The notes beneath the pieces are model-generated. The model had not been told where the DNA came from and searched no databases. It was given only the letters and a program-made list of their open reading frames with translations. Position numbers and translations under genes: made by a program. From Syntrophales bacterium (lineage in GTDB: Bacteria; Desulfobacterota; Syntrophia; Syntrophales; UBA2210), in the NCBI GenBank assembly GCA_963666365.2, contig CAXXNF010000002.1:608001-672000 (forward strand): a stretch of DNA of 64,000 nt, given 5' to 3'. This document shows positions 37,224 to 48,366 of the stretch, in pieces (position 1 is the first letter of the stretch; each line of letters starts with the position of its first letter).

Positions 37224-39146
37224 TTATTCAACCAACAGCTTTTGCCCGGGATAAATGACATCGTTTTTGGAAAGATCATTAAGGGTAAGCAGCCTGTCGA
37301 GATCCATGTTGTTCGCTCGTGCAATTATGTATGGATTATCACCCTTTCTCACAACGTAGGTCTTCAGTGTGTCTTTCGTCCCCAACTGGGAAGGGGCGGC
37401 GGCATCAGATAATTTTACAATTTTCAGCCGCTGTCCGATACTCAGGCCGTTGCTGGAAAGATTGTTACTGCTGCGAATCTCCGATACTGTTGTACCAAAC
37501 CTTTTTGCCAGACCCCACAGAGAGTCACCTTTCATTACATGATAGGTGATTGCTGCCCCCGGGGCGCTACTGCCTGAGGATTTTGAGGGCGTCCTGTGCA
37601 ACACATAGCCGCGAACCGGAATTTTCAACCATTTTCCGGCGCGAATGCTGTGTTTATTGCGCAATCCGTTTGCTTGAACGATGACAGAAATCGAGCTTCC
37701 ATATTTTGACGCAATGCTGGAGAGAGATTCCCCTTTTCGTATTTTGTGACGAACCCACTCTCCGCCTCCCGGTTTTTTTGCACCGGGTATCGCATCGATT
37801 GCGGAGATCAGCATGCCGCTTTTTCCTTGTGGAATCTTGAGCGTGTATTCACTGTCAGGGGTAATTTTATACCGCAATTCGGAGTTGAGCTGTGCCAAGA
37901 CTTCCGTCGGTTCACCAATACGGGAAGCTATGTCCTCAAGCTTCATACTTTTCGATATGATAACGGTTTCGTAAGGAACAGCCTTTTCGCATATCTCCCT
38001 TTCAAGATCAAATCCATATTTTCCAGGTTCTTTGATGATGTTAAGAGTGGCGATGAAACGCGGGACGTATCGTGCCGTCTCCAGTGGCAGCTGAACGTAG
38101 AGATCCCAGAAATTATCGAGATAGTTCATATGCTGCCGTGAAATAACGCGAAGAACCCTTCCTTCACCACAGTTATAGGCGGCTAGGACGGTGAGCCAAT
38201 CCCCAAAGATTGAATGAAGCTCTTTAAGATAGGCGATCGCAGCCTCTGTCGATTTTTCGACGTCCATGCGTTCATCAACCCAGAGATCACGCTTCAGCCC
38301 GAATTTATAGCCCGTTGATGGTATAAATTGCCATAATCCAAGTGCGCGGGCCTGGGAAAGTGCCTTTATTTTAAAACCGCTTTCTACAAGTGGAAGCCAT
38401 TTAAGTTCTTCAGGGAGACCTGCTTTCTTGATGTGTGCGGCGATTATTGGAATATAGTTGCCCGCCCGTCGATATGAGTGAAGAAAAAAATTTCTTTCTT
38501 CTTTTTGAAAGCGCTTTATCTCCCGCTCCACCTGGCTGTTGACAGTGAGCGGAATTTCTCCCTGATGCCCCGCGGCCACATTGCTTCGCGATGCATATAT
38601 TTCAACAATTCTTTTCGCAATGAGCAAACGCAAATCATCCTTTTGCCAGGAAAGATCAGGATCTCCATTGACATTCATTACAAACGAATAGGCTTCGTCA
38701 AGGAGGCTCAGTGCATTATCGAGTTCTCCTCGTTCCCAAAGTCTTTGCGATTGACTGAGAAGAGCAAGAGCATCATCGACAGCTTCCTGCTCACTGTTTT
38801 TGCTCTGGCTGCTGTTTTGTGCTTTCTCTTTCGTTCCAGTAAATACTGCTGCAGCGTTATCGTCATCAATGCTTTTTTCTTCATCACTGTCTGATTCCTT
38901 CTTTACCCCGGTTTTTTCGGCAGTCCTTTTTATACATCCATCTTCCCCGGAACCGGGAGCGTCCTCATTTTTTAGACTCCCATTCTGGCGGTCTGCTCTA
39001 TCTCTATCAGAAATTACCCTGTTGTCGTTAAGCCGTCTTTCTTGTGTTTTACTATTCTGCACTTGCTGAATGGGAAAATGGGTGCAGGAGAAAGAAAACA
39101 AAGCACACAAAAGAAGAGTAAAAAGTGTCCATATAACGTGCCGCAT
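37224..39146 (-). CDS. mltD: Lytic transglycosylase lipoprotein with three LysM domains (MltD-like)
   Basis: Lipobox-like FSFSC, LVES, GLWQF, AAYNCGEG, ET..YVP, three LysM repeats. Confidence 0.88.
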   Translation of the reverse strand: MRHVIWTLFTLLLCALFSFSCTHFPIQQVQNSKTQERRLNDNRVISDRDRADRQNGSLKNEDAPGSGEDGCIKRTAEKTGVKKESDSDEEKSIDDDNAAAVFTGTKEKAQNSSQSKNSEQEAVDDALALLSQSQRLWERGELDNALSLLDEAYSFVMNVNGDPDLSWQKDDLRLLIAKRIVEIYASRSNVAAGHQGEIPLTVNSQVEREIKRFQKEERNFFLHSYRRAGNYIPIIAAHIKKAGLPEELKWLPLVESGFKIKALSQARALGLWQFIPSTGYKFGLKRDLWVDERMDVEKSTEAAIAYLKELHSIFGDWLTVLAAYNCGEGRVLRVISRQHMNYLDNFWDLYVQLPLETARYVPRFIATLNIIKEPGKYGFDLEREICEKAVPYETVIISKSMKLEDIASRIGEPTEVLAQLNSELRYKITPDSEYTLKIPQGKSGMLISAIDAIPGAKKPGGGEWVRHKIRKGESLSSIASKYGSSISVIVQANGLRNKHSIRAGKWLKIPVRGYVLHRTPSKSSGSSAPGAAITYHVMKGDSLWGLAKRFGTTVSEIRSSNNLSSNGLSIGQRLKIVKLSDAAAPSQLGTKDTLKTYVVRKGDNPYIIARANNMDLDRLLTLNDLSKNDVIYPGQKLLVE

Positions 39147-39232
39147 AGCAACATTCCTTCACGGGTAGAGTTCCCGCATAACTGTTTTTAACTGAATTCC
39201 CTACTAAACCGTTTCATCTACAATTGCAATGA

Positions 39233-40349
39233 CTAATTTACTTTGCTGTTATCAGCCGCAAAGCTCACAAGATATGTTTCTATGAAACCGTCGATATCAC
39301 CATCGAGCACTCTGTCCACATTTCCCGTCTCCATATTTGTTCTGTGGTCCTTGATCATTTTGTAGGGATGCAGCACATAGGATCGAATCTGGCTGCCCCA
39401 GGCGATATCCTTTTTTGTTTTATTGATTTCATTAATTTTCTCATTTTTTTCTTCCAGATGCATTTCATAGAGCCTTGATTTTAATACCTTCATAGCCGTT
39501 GCACGATTTTTGTGTTGTGAACGCTCGTTCTGACACTGCACCACGATGCCTGTGGGCAAATGGGTAATTCTGACTGCAGAGTCGGTTTTGTTGACGTGCT
39601 GCCCACCAGCGCCGCTTGACCGGTAGGTGTCGATTCTTAAATCGGTTTCGTCGATTTCAATTGCAATATCGTCGTCGATTTCAGGATAGACAAACACTGA
39701 GGCGAAGGATGTGTGTCTCCTCTTCCCCGTATCAAAGGGGGATATGCGTACGAGACGGTGTATTCCAATTTCCGCTTTGGCATAGCCGTAGGCGTATTCG
39801 CCTTCCATCGTTATTGTTACGCTCTTGATTCCAGCTTCATCTCCCGGCTGATAATCAATTATATCGGTTGCAAACCCTCGGCGTTCGGCCCACCGCAGGT
39901 ACATGCGAAGCAGCATTTCCGCCCAATCCTGAGCTTCCGTACCTCCCGCGCCTGCGTGGATGGACATAATGGCGCTTTTGGGATCTTCCTCACTTCCCAA
40001 CATTAATTTAAATTCTTCTTTTTTAAGATATGCCTCCAGATGATAAAGTTCTTCCTTTATGTCCTTAAGAGTATGAATGTCGTTTTCCTCCCGGGCAAGA
40101 TCAAAGAGCGCCGTTATATCTTCAAGGGCGGATTTTTTTTCTTTCCACAGGCGGATGGGCTCTTCTAACCGGCTTTTTTCCTTGAGTACCCCCCGCGCAT
40201 GTTCGGGATCATTCCAGAAATCAGTCTTGAGAGATTTCTTCTCGAGTTCTGCAATACGTTCCGTCGCGTTTTCTATGTCAAAGACAGCCTCTGAGGTTTT
40301 CGATTCTGCCCTTTATTTCTTTCAAGCTTTCCGCAATGTGTTCAATCAT
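39233..40349 (-). CDS. prfB: Peptide chain release factor 2 with programmed +1 frameshift (23 codons, CTT TGA C, then 348 codons)
   Basis: SPF and GGQ motifs; AGA GGC TGT CTT TGA C with CTT TGA C at 40283-40277; ATG 40349 overlaps the lnt stop. Confidence 0.97.
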
Positions 40350-41875
40350 GGTCTTCTCCTCTTTAACGATATTCCCAGCATTATTATGGTTACAATAATG
40401 CAGATCCTGGCAAATAAATCCCCATAGCGCGTGTATACTGTAACAATGTCAGCGAACCGGACATTTCCCTGTATCACTTCGCGGGTAAACAAGCGCGACT
40501 TCGTGACCACTTCCCCAACCGGGGTTACGATTGCACTGATGCCTGTATTTGCCGCTCGAACCAGGTAGGTGCGATTTTCGATTGCGCGGAATACAGCCAT
40601 ACTCATGTGCTGGTAGGGCGCTGACGTTGTACCGTACCAGGCGTCATTCGTTATATTCACAAGCAAGTCGGCGCCGCGTTTTTTATATTCCCTGCTGATA
40701 TCCGGAAAAATTCCTTCATAACAGATAAGAACGCCGACGGCAATGCCGTCAATTGACAGGGGGACCAACTCACTCCCGGCCATAAAATCACCCACACCCG
40801 CCACCATTTTGTCGATAAAAAAAAGAAGTCCCCTCAACGGCACATATTCTCCGAAGGGCACCAGGTGTGTCTTGTCATATTTGCCGGTCACTTCGCCTTC
40901 CTTCGATATCAGGTAGGCACTGTTCATGAGAGATCGCCCCCTTTGTTCGACGCGGTAACTTGGCGCGCCGAACAAAAGGTATCCCTTCGCCTCCCTGGCA
41001 ATTGCAACAATGGTTCTGTGCAGATCAGTAATATCCTGAAAAAAAAGAGGCGCCGCCGTCTCCGGCCAGACAATCAATTGGGGAGAAGTGTTTTCTGTGG
41101 CTGTTCCCAGGGATAATTCCCTGTACACAGCTATGGATTCCTTTTGATACTCGGGATTCCATTTCACCGCCTGATCAATGTTGCCCTGAATAAGAGACAC
41201 GCGAACAATCTCATCTGCATCTGCAAATGCCTTTTCAATCGTTGCCGTACGATAGCTGCCGTAGAACAGGACAAGCCCTATCAAAAAGATTCCTGCTGCG
41301 ACTTCAAAAAATACTCGTCTTTTGGAAGTGAGAGTCGCTATATCATAGATTAAGCAATTTATAAATATGATCAGGAAACTGAGCCCGTGCACTCCCGTCA
41401 CGTCAACTATCTGTATGAGCCACGAAACGTCGTGTTGAGAATATCCCATATTCTCCCATGGAAAGCCGCTCAGCAGGTTCGATTTTCCATATTCGAGCGC
41501 GGTCCATAAAAACGGCGCCGTAAGCAGATACGGCAAATTTCTCTTTTCAAAAAAGGAAATAAACAGTGCAAAAATACCGCAATAGAGGCTGAGATAGCAG
41601 GCAAATAAAACCATCACGGCGACAGCAAGGTAGACGGGAAGATTGCCGTAATGAACGGTGACAAATATTACCCAATAAATGATGCCTATGTGAAAAGTGA
41701 TGCCGGCAATCACTCCCAGACTGAAGGATTCACGGAGAGTTTTTCCTTGTATCGCAAAAAAAAGCGGAGTGAATGCTATCCAGGCGAGATACCAGAGATC
41801 ACATTTCGGAAATGAAAGAAAGAGCAGTAATCCTGACAGTATCGCAAGAAAAATACCTTTCCAGTCCATTTTCAT
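40346..41875 (-). CDS. lnt: Apolipoprotein N-acyltransferase
   Basis: GFPW, QGNI, WPE, YDK.HLVPFGEY, ICYE, TNDAWYG, RAIEN. Confidence 0.96.
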   Translation of the reverse strand: MKMDWKGIFLAILSGLLLFLSFPKCDLWYLAWIAFTPLFFAIQGKTLRESFSLGVIAGITFHIGIIYWVIFVTVHYGNLPVYLAVAVMVLFACYLSLYCGIFALFISFFEKRNLPYLLTAPFLWTALEYGKSNLLSGFPWENMGYSQHDVSWLIQIVDVTGVHGLSFLIIFINCLIYDIATLTSKRRVFFEVAAGIFLIGLVLFYGSYRTATIEKAFADADEIVRVSLIQGNIDQAVKWNPEYQKESIAVYRELSLGTATENTSPQLIVWPETAAPLFFQDITDLHRTIVAIAREAKGYLLFGAPSYRVEQRGRSLMNSAYLISKEGEVTGKYDKTHLVPFGEYVPLRGLLFFIDKMVAGVGDFMAGSELVPLSIDGIAVGVLICYEGIFPDISREYKKRGADLLVNITNDAWYGTTSAPYQHMSMAVFRAIENRTYLVRAANTGISAIVTPVGEVVTKSRLFTREVIQGNVRFADIVTVYTRYGDLFARICIIVTIIMLGISLKRRRP

Positions 41876-42768
41876 TTGAAAGATATGTCCTTTTGAGTGC
41901 TCTGACGCTTGCGTCCCCTATTGATCTTTTGGTCCGACTCCTGCCCTGTTTTTCGAATTTTCACCTTCTTGATGCTTCGTTCGTCAGCAGATTCAATGGT
42001 CAATTCGAGGTCACCGTAATGAATCAACTCTCCGGTTATGGGTATCTTTTTTATCAGATGAAATATGAATCCTCCCAGCGTTTCAAATTGCCCATCCGGC
42101 ACTTCGAGATCAAAATACTTCTCAAATTCTTCTATTTCAGCTCTCCCGTCGACCATTACATCCCCGTTCGAAAGTCTTACGAAGGCCTCTTCTTCCACAT
42201 CATGTTCATCGTGAATTTCGCCCACAATTTCCTCGATGAGGTCTTCAAGCGTCACAAGACCGGAAGTTCCTCCATATTCGTCAATTACTATGGCCATGTG
42301 AGATTTCATTTCCTTCAGTTCATGAAGAAGAAAGTGAATACTTTTTGTTTCCGGAATAAAATAAACCTTTCTCAATATCGACACGATATCCTTTACTGCT
42401 ATTGATTTTGACCAGAAACGGAGGAGGTCTTTTACATTCAGCACCCCGACTATATTGTCGATATTGTCAGTATATACGGGCATTCTTGTATGGCCGTGCT
42501 TCATGACCATGTCCAGTATTTCATCGATCGTGGAATCGCTGCTTATCGCAACCATTTCGGTGCGGGGGACCATTACCTCACGGGCAACTGTTTCGCTTAG
42601 TTCGAGGATGCTCTGAATCATCTCAACGGACTGCTGATCGATCAAACCTTCATCCCCGCCGATGTCGACCAACGACCTGATTTCTTCTTCAAGAAAGGAT
42701 TGTCCTCGTTTTTTTTCACCTTTGAGAAAAAGGACTGTGATCAGTAATTTAAATTTCTTTAAAAAAAT
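41872..42768 (-). CDS. corC: CBS-pair CorC/HlyC transporter-associated protein (start uncertain: TTG 42672 or ATT 42768)
   Basis: EVMVPR, HTRMPV, DEYGGTSGLVTLEDLIEEIVGEI.DE, ETLGG; directly upstream of lnt. Confidence 0.85.
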   Translation of the reverse strand: MFLKKFKLLITVLFLKGEKKRGQSFLEEEIRSLVDIGGDEGLIDQQSVEMIQSILELSETVAREVMVPRTEMVAISSDSTIDEILDMVMKHGHTRMPVYTDNIDNIVGVLNVKDLLRFWSKSIAVKDIVSILRKVYFIPETKSIHFLLHELKEMKSHMAIVIDEYGGTSGLVTLEDLIEEIVGEIHDEHDVEEEAFVRLSNGDVMVDGRAEIEEFEKYFDLEVPDGQFETLGGFIFHLIKKIPITGELIHYGDLELTIESADERSIKKVKIRKTGQESDQKINRGRKRQSTQKDISFK

Positions 42769-42816
42769 ACCATACTCCTTTGCAGTGTCGGTTTTTGATC
42801 AGGGTATGTGGAACGC

Positions 42817-43689
42817 TCAAAGCCCCCTGAGAAATTCAGGGCGCAGCACCTTTTTGTTCTGAGACTCAATTACATTGTAAATAAGATCAATTGCTTCTTC
42901 TTTTTGTTCGGGAAGATTGATTCGCAAGGGCAGGTAGTTTGATGCATGATTCGACGTAAAAAAACAATTTGAAAAATTTGACCGGGCAATCATTATGCCC
43001 AGTTCCTCTAAAAATCCAAAGGTATCGGGAAGCACGAAACGACCCTCACGATACTCATGGTGCAGCGGTGTCCCGGGCACAATCATAACGGTCAGGGCGC
43101 CCGCGTAATCCGGATCAATGTCGGTTAATATGCGCGCGGTGTCCAGGGCATGTTCCTTACTTTTTTCTATCCCGCCGATTCCTAAAAGGACCGTCACGGA
43201 TAAAAGAATGCCGGCATCTTTAATCATTCGGCCCGCCTTGACCATCTGATTGTAGGCGGCGCCCTTATTTATTTTCCGGAGTAGTTCCTCATTTCCCGTC
43301 TCTACACCCAGATAGACGATCCCCAGGCCTAATTCTTTAAGTCGGGCCAGCTCTTCCGGAGTTTTTCGCAATATGCTTTTTGTGTTTGCATACGTGCCGA
43401 TCCTCTTCACTCCCCTGATATGGCTGTTGATTGACTCCATAATAGGAATCAGCTTTCTCTGGGGAATAATAAGCGCATCGCCATCGCAGAGAAAAACCTT
43501 TTCAATAGGGCTGTAGGTACGTGCCTCAAGAATATCTTCTTCTATCTCTTCGAAGGACTTGATACGGAATTTTTCTCCGCTGTAGGTGCCGCAGAAAGTG
43601 CATTTATTATGGGAACAACCCACCGTTACTTGAAGCAGCAAACTTCTCGCCTCACTTGGGGGTCGAATAATCATCCCTTCATATTTCAT
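42817..43689 (-). CDS. Radical SAM protein
   Basis: YEG.IIRPPSEA, GCSHNKCTFC, SNHASNY. Confidence 0.9.
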   Translation of the reverse strand: MKYEGMIIRPPSEARSLLLQVTVGCSHNKCTFCGTYSGEKFRIKSFEEIEEDILEARTYSPIEKVFLCDGDALIIPQRKLIPIMESINSHIRGVKRIGTYANTKSILRKTPEELARLKELGLGIVYLGVETGNEELLRKINKGAAYNQMVKAGRMIKDAGILLSVTVLLGIGGIEKSKEHALDTARILTDIDPDYAGALTVMIVPGTPLHHEYREGRFVLPDTFGFLEELGIMIARSNFSNCFFTSNHASNYLPLRINLPEQKEEAIDLIYNVIESQNKKVLRPEFLRGL

Positions 43690-43924
43690 TGTTTCTGAAT
43701 TGTTCCTTTTCGCCTTACTGAATTTTTTTGTCTTCTGTTTCTTTTCATAAAAGTCGCGCATACTTTATATCAGGACCTTAAAAAAGGCAAGATACAATGC
43801 AATGGCCTATCATTACTTTTTCCTTGACGTCTCGACACAGGGTGTATAACAGAATAGTTGTTTCGCCTGCGTAGTAACAGCGTGTGGTGAAAATGGTTTT
43901 ATTTCTTTAAAGGAGAGGAACTGC

Positions 43925-45355
43925 ATGGGAGACAGTCGAGAACTGACATTTTTAGATGCGACAGCTCAGGCCGAATTGATACAAAAGAAGGAAATCAAAC
44001 CAATCGAACTAATCGATGCAGCGATCGAACGAATTGAGTCACTCAACCCCCGGCTGAACGCCGTAATTACACCAATCTTTGAGGAAGCACGGAATTGTGT
44101 CTCGAAGGGACCTTTGAGTGGGCCTTTCGCCGGCGTTCCCTTTCTGCTCAAAGACCTTATTGCATCATACAAAGGGGTGCGGATGGCCTTTGGAACAAAG
44201 ATCATGGAACCCTTCGTGGCGGATCATGACAGTGAACTCGTATCGCGATACAAACGTGCGGGGCTGATCATACTTGGAAAGACCAATACTCCCGAACTGG
44301 GGCTCATGCCCACTACCGAGCCGCAGCTTTTCGGGGCCAGCAGGAATCCCTGGGATATCACAAAAACAACGGGGGGGTCGAGCGGCGGGTCCGCGGCTGC
44401 CGTTGCATCGGGAATGGTTGCCGTTGCACATGGTAATGATGGAGGGGGATCACTACGTATCCCGGCATCCTGCTGCGGTCTTTTCGGACTAAAACCAACC
44501 CGCGGAAGAAATCCACTTGGTCCCGATTTCGGAGATTTGTTGAGCGGTTTTGTAGCCGAGCATGTCCTCACCCGATCCGTCAGAGACAGTGCGGCCCTTC
44601 TCGATGCGACAAAGGGTTATGAAGTGGGAGATCCCTATTGCGCCCCCTGTCCGGAGCATGAATATTTGAAAGAAACTATGATACCCCCGGGCAGATTGCG
44701 CATTGCCGTTCTTGCCGACGCCGGCGACGGCGCTACAATTTCTCAGGATTGTCTCGCTGCGGTGAATGAATCGGCGAAACTGCTTGCCGAAATTGGGCAT
44801 GACGTGATTGAGGCTTCACCCTCCTTCAATAAAGATCTTCTCACATGGGCTTTTACCGTAATATGGGCATCCGGATGTGCCTCGACTATACAGGGTCTCT
44901 CTCATCTCACCGGAAGAAAGCCTTCACCTGAAGACTACGAACCGGTGACGTGGGGACTCTTTGAAATGGGTAACGGGTTTAAAGCCTCCGACTACCTTCT
45001 TGCAGTGCAAATAATTCAGCGTATCTCACGAGATATCAGCAGATTTTTTCTGGACTTCGATGTACTCATGACGCCGGTTCTTGCCGAAGCCCCGGTTCCT
45101 CTCGGAACCTTTGATTCGCCTTCTGATGATCCTCTCAGAGGCTGGAGAAGGGCCGCGCGTTTCGTGCCCTTTACTCCTTTGTGCAATGCAACGGGACAGC
45201 CGGCTATGTCCGTACCGCTCTACTGGAATAAAGATGGCCTTCCGATCGGCACGCATTTTGTGGGACGATTCGGCGATGAGGCGACCCTCTTTCGTCTTGC
45301 CTCACAGCTTGAGAAAGCGCGCCCATGGAGCGACAGGAAACCCCCGATATCGTAA
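43925..45355 (+). CDS. Amidase signature family enzyme
   Basis: [37 protein letters not shown]. Confidence 0.95.
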   Translation: MGDSRELTFLDATAQAELIQKKEIKPIELIDAAIERIESLNPRLNAVITPIFEEARNCVSKGPLSGPFAGVPFLLKDLIASYKGVRMAFGTKIMEPFVADHDSELVSRYKRAGLIILGKTNTPELGLMPTTEPQLFGASRNPWDITKTTGGSSGGSAAAVASGMVAVAHGNDGGGSLRIPASCCGLFGLKPTRGRNPLGPDFGDLLSGFVAEHVLTRSVRDSAALLDATKGYEVGDPYCAPCPEHEYLKETMIPPGRLRIAVLADAGDGATISQDCLAAVNESAKLLAEIGHDVIEASPSFNKDLLTWAFTVIWASGCASTIQGLSHLTGRKPSPEDYEPVTWGLFEMGNGFKASDYLLAVQIIQRISRDISRFFLDFDVLMTPVLAEAPVPLGTFDSPSDDPLRGWRRAARFVPFTPLCNATGQPAMSVPLYWNKDGLPIGTHFVGRFGDEATLFRLASQLEKARPWSDRKPPIS

Positions 45356-45378
45356 TACACTATTTTTCGGGATTGACA

Positions 45379-45410
45379 GGGGCGCCGTCTCGGGGACGGC
45401 GCCCCCTTCT
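45379..45410 (+). terminator. GC-rich hairpin terminator
   Basis: GGGGCGCCGTC-N5-GACGGCGCCCC after the amidase stop. Confidence 0.7.
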
Positions 45411-45601
45411 ATTCACAGTCACATGATAAAATTCGGTTGCATAATCGTGAACAGTGATTACATTAAAAACGTATTTTAACATATGTTTTTCTCGCTGTAC
45501 ATTTACTTCTTATGGAGGTAGTTTGCAAAATCCTACTATCTACGTGCATATATAATAACTTGAAATAAGGCCGTTAAAGCTTCACAGGAAGAAGGAACAT
45601 T

Positions 45602-45838
45602 GTGGTTATATCTCTCAATGATTTAAAGTCTCAGGAAATCGGTGTTGTTGCACAAATTGAAGGCGGGAGAGAACTCGTCAATCGCCTTGAGGCGCTTGGC
45701 ATACGACCTGGAAAAAAAATTAAGAAAATCAGTTCAATGTTTATGAAGGGACCCGTCACCGTTCAGGTGGATAGAACTCAGGTTGCCATCGGTTTTGGAA
45801 TGGCCCGTAAGATACTGATTGATACGGAACGGAAATAA
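45602..45838 (+). CDS. feoA: Ferrous iron transport protein A
   Basis: RLEALGIRPG, GPV, VAIGFGMA; upstream of feoB. Confidence 0.92.
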   Translation: MVISLNDLKSQEIGVVAQIEGGRELVNRLEALGIRPGKKIKKISSMFMKGPVTVQVDRTQVAIGFGMARKILIDTERK

Positions 45839-45841
45839 GCA

Positions 45842-47548
45842 ATGAATGTTTTGCTGATGGGGAACCCCAATGTCGGTAAAAGCGTTATATTTTCTCGACT
45901 TACCGGTGTGCGCGTCATCTCCTCAAACTACCCCGGAACGACGGTCAGCTTCACAAGCGGCTTTATGAAAGTCGGCGATACAATGGCAAAAGTCATTGAC
46001 GTGCCCGGCACATATACACTTGAACCCACCTGCGAAGCAGAAGAAATCGCCGCCAGGATGCTCGAAAACGGGGATGTGGTTATCAATGTAGTGAACGCCA
46101 CCAACCTCGAAAGAAATCTCTACTTAACGCTTCAGCTGATAGAAAAAAAGGTGCCGCTTATAGTGGCACTCAATATGTGGGATGACACCAAACATCGAGG
46201 CATTGAAATCGATGTGGAAAAGCTCGAAGCACTTTTGAAGGTTCCCGTGATACCGACATCGGGATTGAGCGGTCAAGGCATTAAAGATCTTGTGAGAGCA
46301 ATTCCGAGCGCCACCTCCCCAGCCCCGGTTAATCGTGACAGAAGTGAACGCTGGGCGCTGGTGGGCAACATAGTAGAGCAAGTCCAGCAAATCACCCATC
46401 GTCACCATCGGTGGTTCGAACGACTTGAAGATGCGAGCGTGAAACCGGTGACGGGTTCTCTGATGGCTGTTCTTGTGCTGGCTACGGCATTCTATGTGAT
46501 ACGTTTTATTGGAGAATCTCTCATACAGTATATTCTCGATCCTCTATTTGAACGACTGTGGCTGCCTGTTCTCAGTTCCTTGAGCGTATGGATGGGAAAG
46601 GGAGGGTTTTTTCACAATATCATCGTGGGAAAGCTCATGGAGGGAACAATCAGCTTTACGGAATCCTTCGGATTATTGAGCAGCGGATTGTATGTGCCGC
46701 TGGCCATGGTGCTGCCCTATATCATTGCCTTCTACCTTATTCTGGGAATTCTTGAAGACACGGGATATCTGCCTCGACTGGCCATACTGCTTGACACCTC
46801 AATGCACAAGCTTGGGCTGCATGGGTTTGCCATCATACCCACTCTTCTTGGTCTGGGGTGCAATGTTCCTGCAGTCATGGCAACACGCGTTCTCGAAAGT
46901 GAGCGAGAACGCTTTATTGCGGCAACGCTTGTTGCGATCGCGATACCCTGCGCATCGGCACAGGCGATGATATTCGGCCTCGTGGGAAAACACGGGGCTC
47001 AATATGTGGCACTCGTGTATGTATCGCTTTTCATGGTCTGGGTGATTCTCGGGGTTATTCTCAACAAGATTTTGCGAGGATTAAGCCCCGAATTGTTGAT
47101 TGAAGTTCCTCCCTATCGCATCCCCCCCTGGAACACAATACTTCAAAAGCTGATGATGCGCGTAAAGGGGTTTCTGATAGAGGCGATCCCCATCATTCTC
47201 GGGGCTGTGCTGGTAATAAATATTCTTTTCTTTTTCGGCATATTCGATTTCATTGCAACTTTTACCGAACCTCTGATTACGGGTGTACTCGGACTTCCGA
47301 AAGAATCAGTAACCGCAATAGTTATCGGTTTTTTAAGAAAAGACGCCGCCCTGGGAATGTTGTCTCTTTCTGCAATGACGGCGAAGCAAATGGTCATAGG
47401 CAGCGTCGTTCTGACGATGTTTTTCCCCTGTATCGCTACCTTTGTGGTGCTTCTCAGGGAATTGGGAATATACAATTTTTGTAAATCGGCATGTATAATG
47501 CTTACAGCAGCCATTGCGGCAGGGGGAATTTTAAATTTGATTCTCTGA
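45842..47548 (+). CDS. feoB: Ferrous iron transporter B (short form)
   Basis: GNPNVGKS, NYPGTTV, DVPG, NMWD, LEDTGY, GCNVPA, PC motifs. Confidence 0.95.
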   Translation: MNVLLMGNPNVGKSVIFSRLTGVRVISSNYPGTTVSFTSGFMKVGDTMAKVIDVPGTYTLEPTCEAEEIAARMLENGDVVINVVNATNLERNLYLTLQLIEKKVPLIVALNMWDDTKHRGIEIDVEKLEALLKVPVIPTSGLSGQGIKDLVRAIPSATSPAPVNRDRSERWALVGNIVEQVQQITHRHHRWFERLEDASVKPVTGSLMAVLVLATAFYVIRFIGESLIQYILDPLFERLWLPVLSSLSVWMGKGGFFHNIIVGKLMEGTISFTESFGLLSSGLYVPLAMVLPYIIAFYLILGILEDTGYLPRLAILLDTSMHKLGLHGFAIIPTLLGLGCNVPAVMATRVLESERERFIAATLVAIAIPCASAQAMIFGLVGKHGAQYVALVYVSLFMVWVILGVILNKILRGLSPELLIEVPPYRIPPWNTILQKLMMRVKGFLIEAIPIILGAVLVINILFFFGIFDFIATFTEPLITGVLGLPKESVTAIVIGFLRKDAALGMLSLSAMTAKQMVIGSVVLTMFFPCIATFVVLLRELGIYNFCKSACIMLTAAIAAGGILNLIL

Positions 47549-47624
47549 GAGTATTCAAAAATAGAGGGGTGCAGGAAGGCAGGAAAATCTGAAGACACCC
47601 TGGACCCGTTGCACCCCCGTTTAT

Positions 47625-48341
47625 TTATGTCGTAAATGATGTTGCCTCAATATAGGGAGGATCCTCTTTTTCCAGAATGTCAATCATTTCTTTGTGAAGC
47701 CTTTTTTTCATTTCACCAAAGATCACCCTGCCTTTATTAAAGGATCCGGCTAAGGTCATCGCTTCTTCCCAAAGAGCCTCTTCATTCTTGCAGGCCTTGT
47801 AAATAATGTGATGTGTTTCCAGATCTGTTGCGTTATAGCGTGTTCCCGTGAAAATCATTTCCTCCAGTTTATATGGAGGAACGGCCTTGCGCATGAATGC
47901 AAGCATCCCCGGGAGAAAGGGAATGTTAATGTCAATTTCGGGAAAAAAGAAAAATCCCCTGTCCGACCGCATGAGTCGAAAATCACATGCAAGTGACAGT
48001 ATGGCCCCATTCGCCACTGCATGACCGTTAATTGCGGCAATCACGGGTACGGGATAGAGAAGAATCCTCTTGAAGATATCGTTCATGCCATAGATGAAGG
48101 CCTTCACCGACTCTAAATCTTTTGCTTGAAGACATTCAAACATCCACGGAAGGTCAATTCCCTGTGACCAGTTTTTCTGATCGCTCGATGTAACCACCAG
48201 AGCAGTTACTTCCTTGTCCGTCTCGATTTCATCAAGGATCGACTGCATTGTGCGGGCAAAGGTAAGATTGTGACGGTTTTCGCCGTTATTCAAGGTCATG
48301 ATGGCGACCGTTCCGTCCTTTTTCCACTCGATTATTGCCAT
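47625..48341 (-). CDS. Enoyl-CoA hydratase/isomerase family protein
   Basis: WSQGIDL, PVIAAINGHA..NG, ACDFR, PEID. Confidence 0.9.
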   Translation of the reverse strand: MAIIEWKKDGTVAIMTLNNGENRHNLTFARTMQSILDEIETDKEVTALVVTSSDQKNWSQGIDLPWMFECLQAKDLESVKAFIYGMNDIFKRILLYPVPVIAAINGHAVANGAILSLACDFRLMRSDRGFFFFPEIDINIPFLPGMLAFMRKAVPPYKLEEMIFTGTRYNATDLETHHIIYKACKNEEALWEEAMTLAGSFNKGRVIFGEMKKRLHKEMIDILEKEDPPYIEATSFTT

Positions 48342-48366
48342 ATCCCATCTCCTTTACTTTTGGCAG

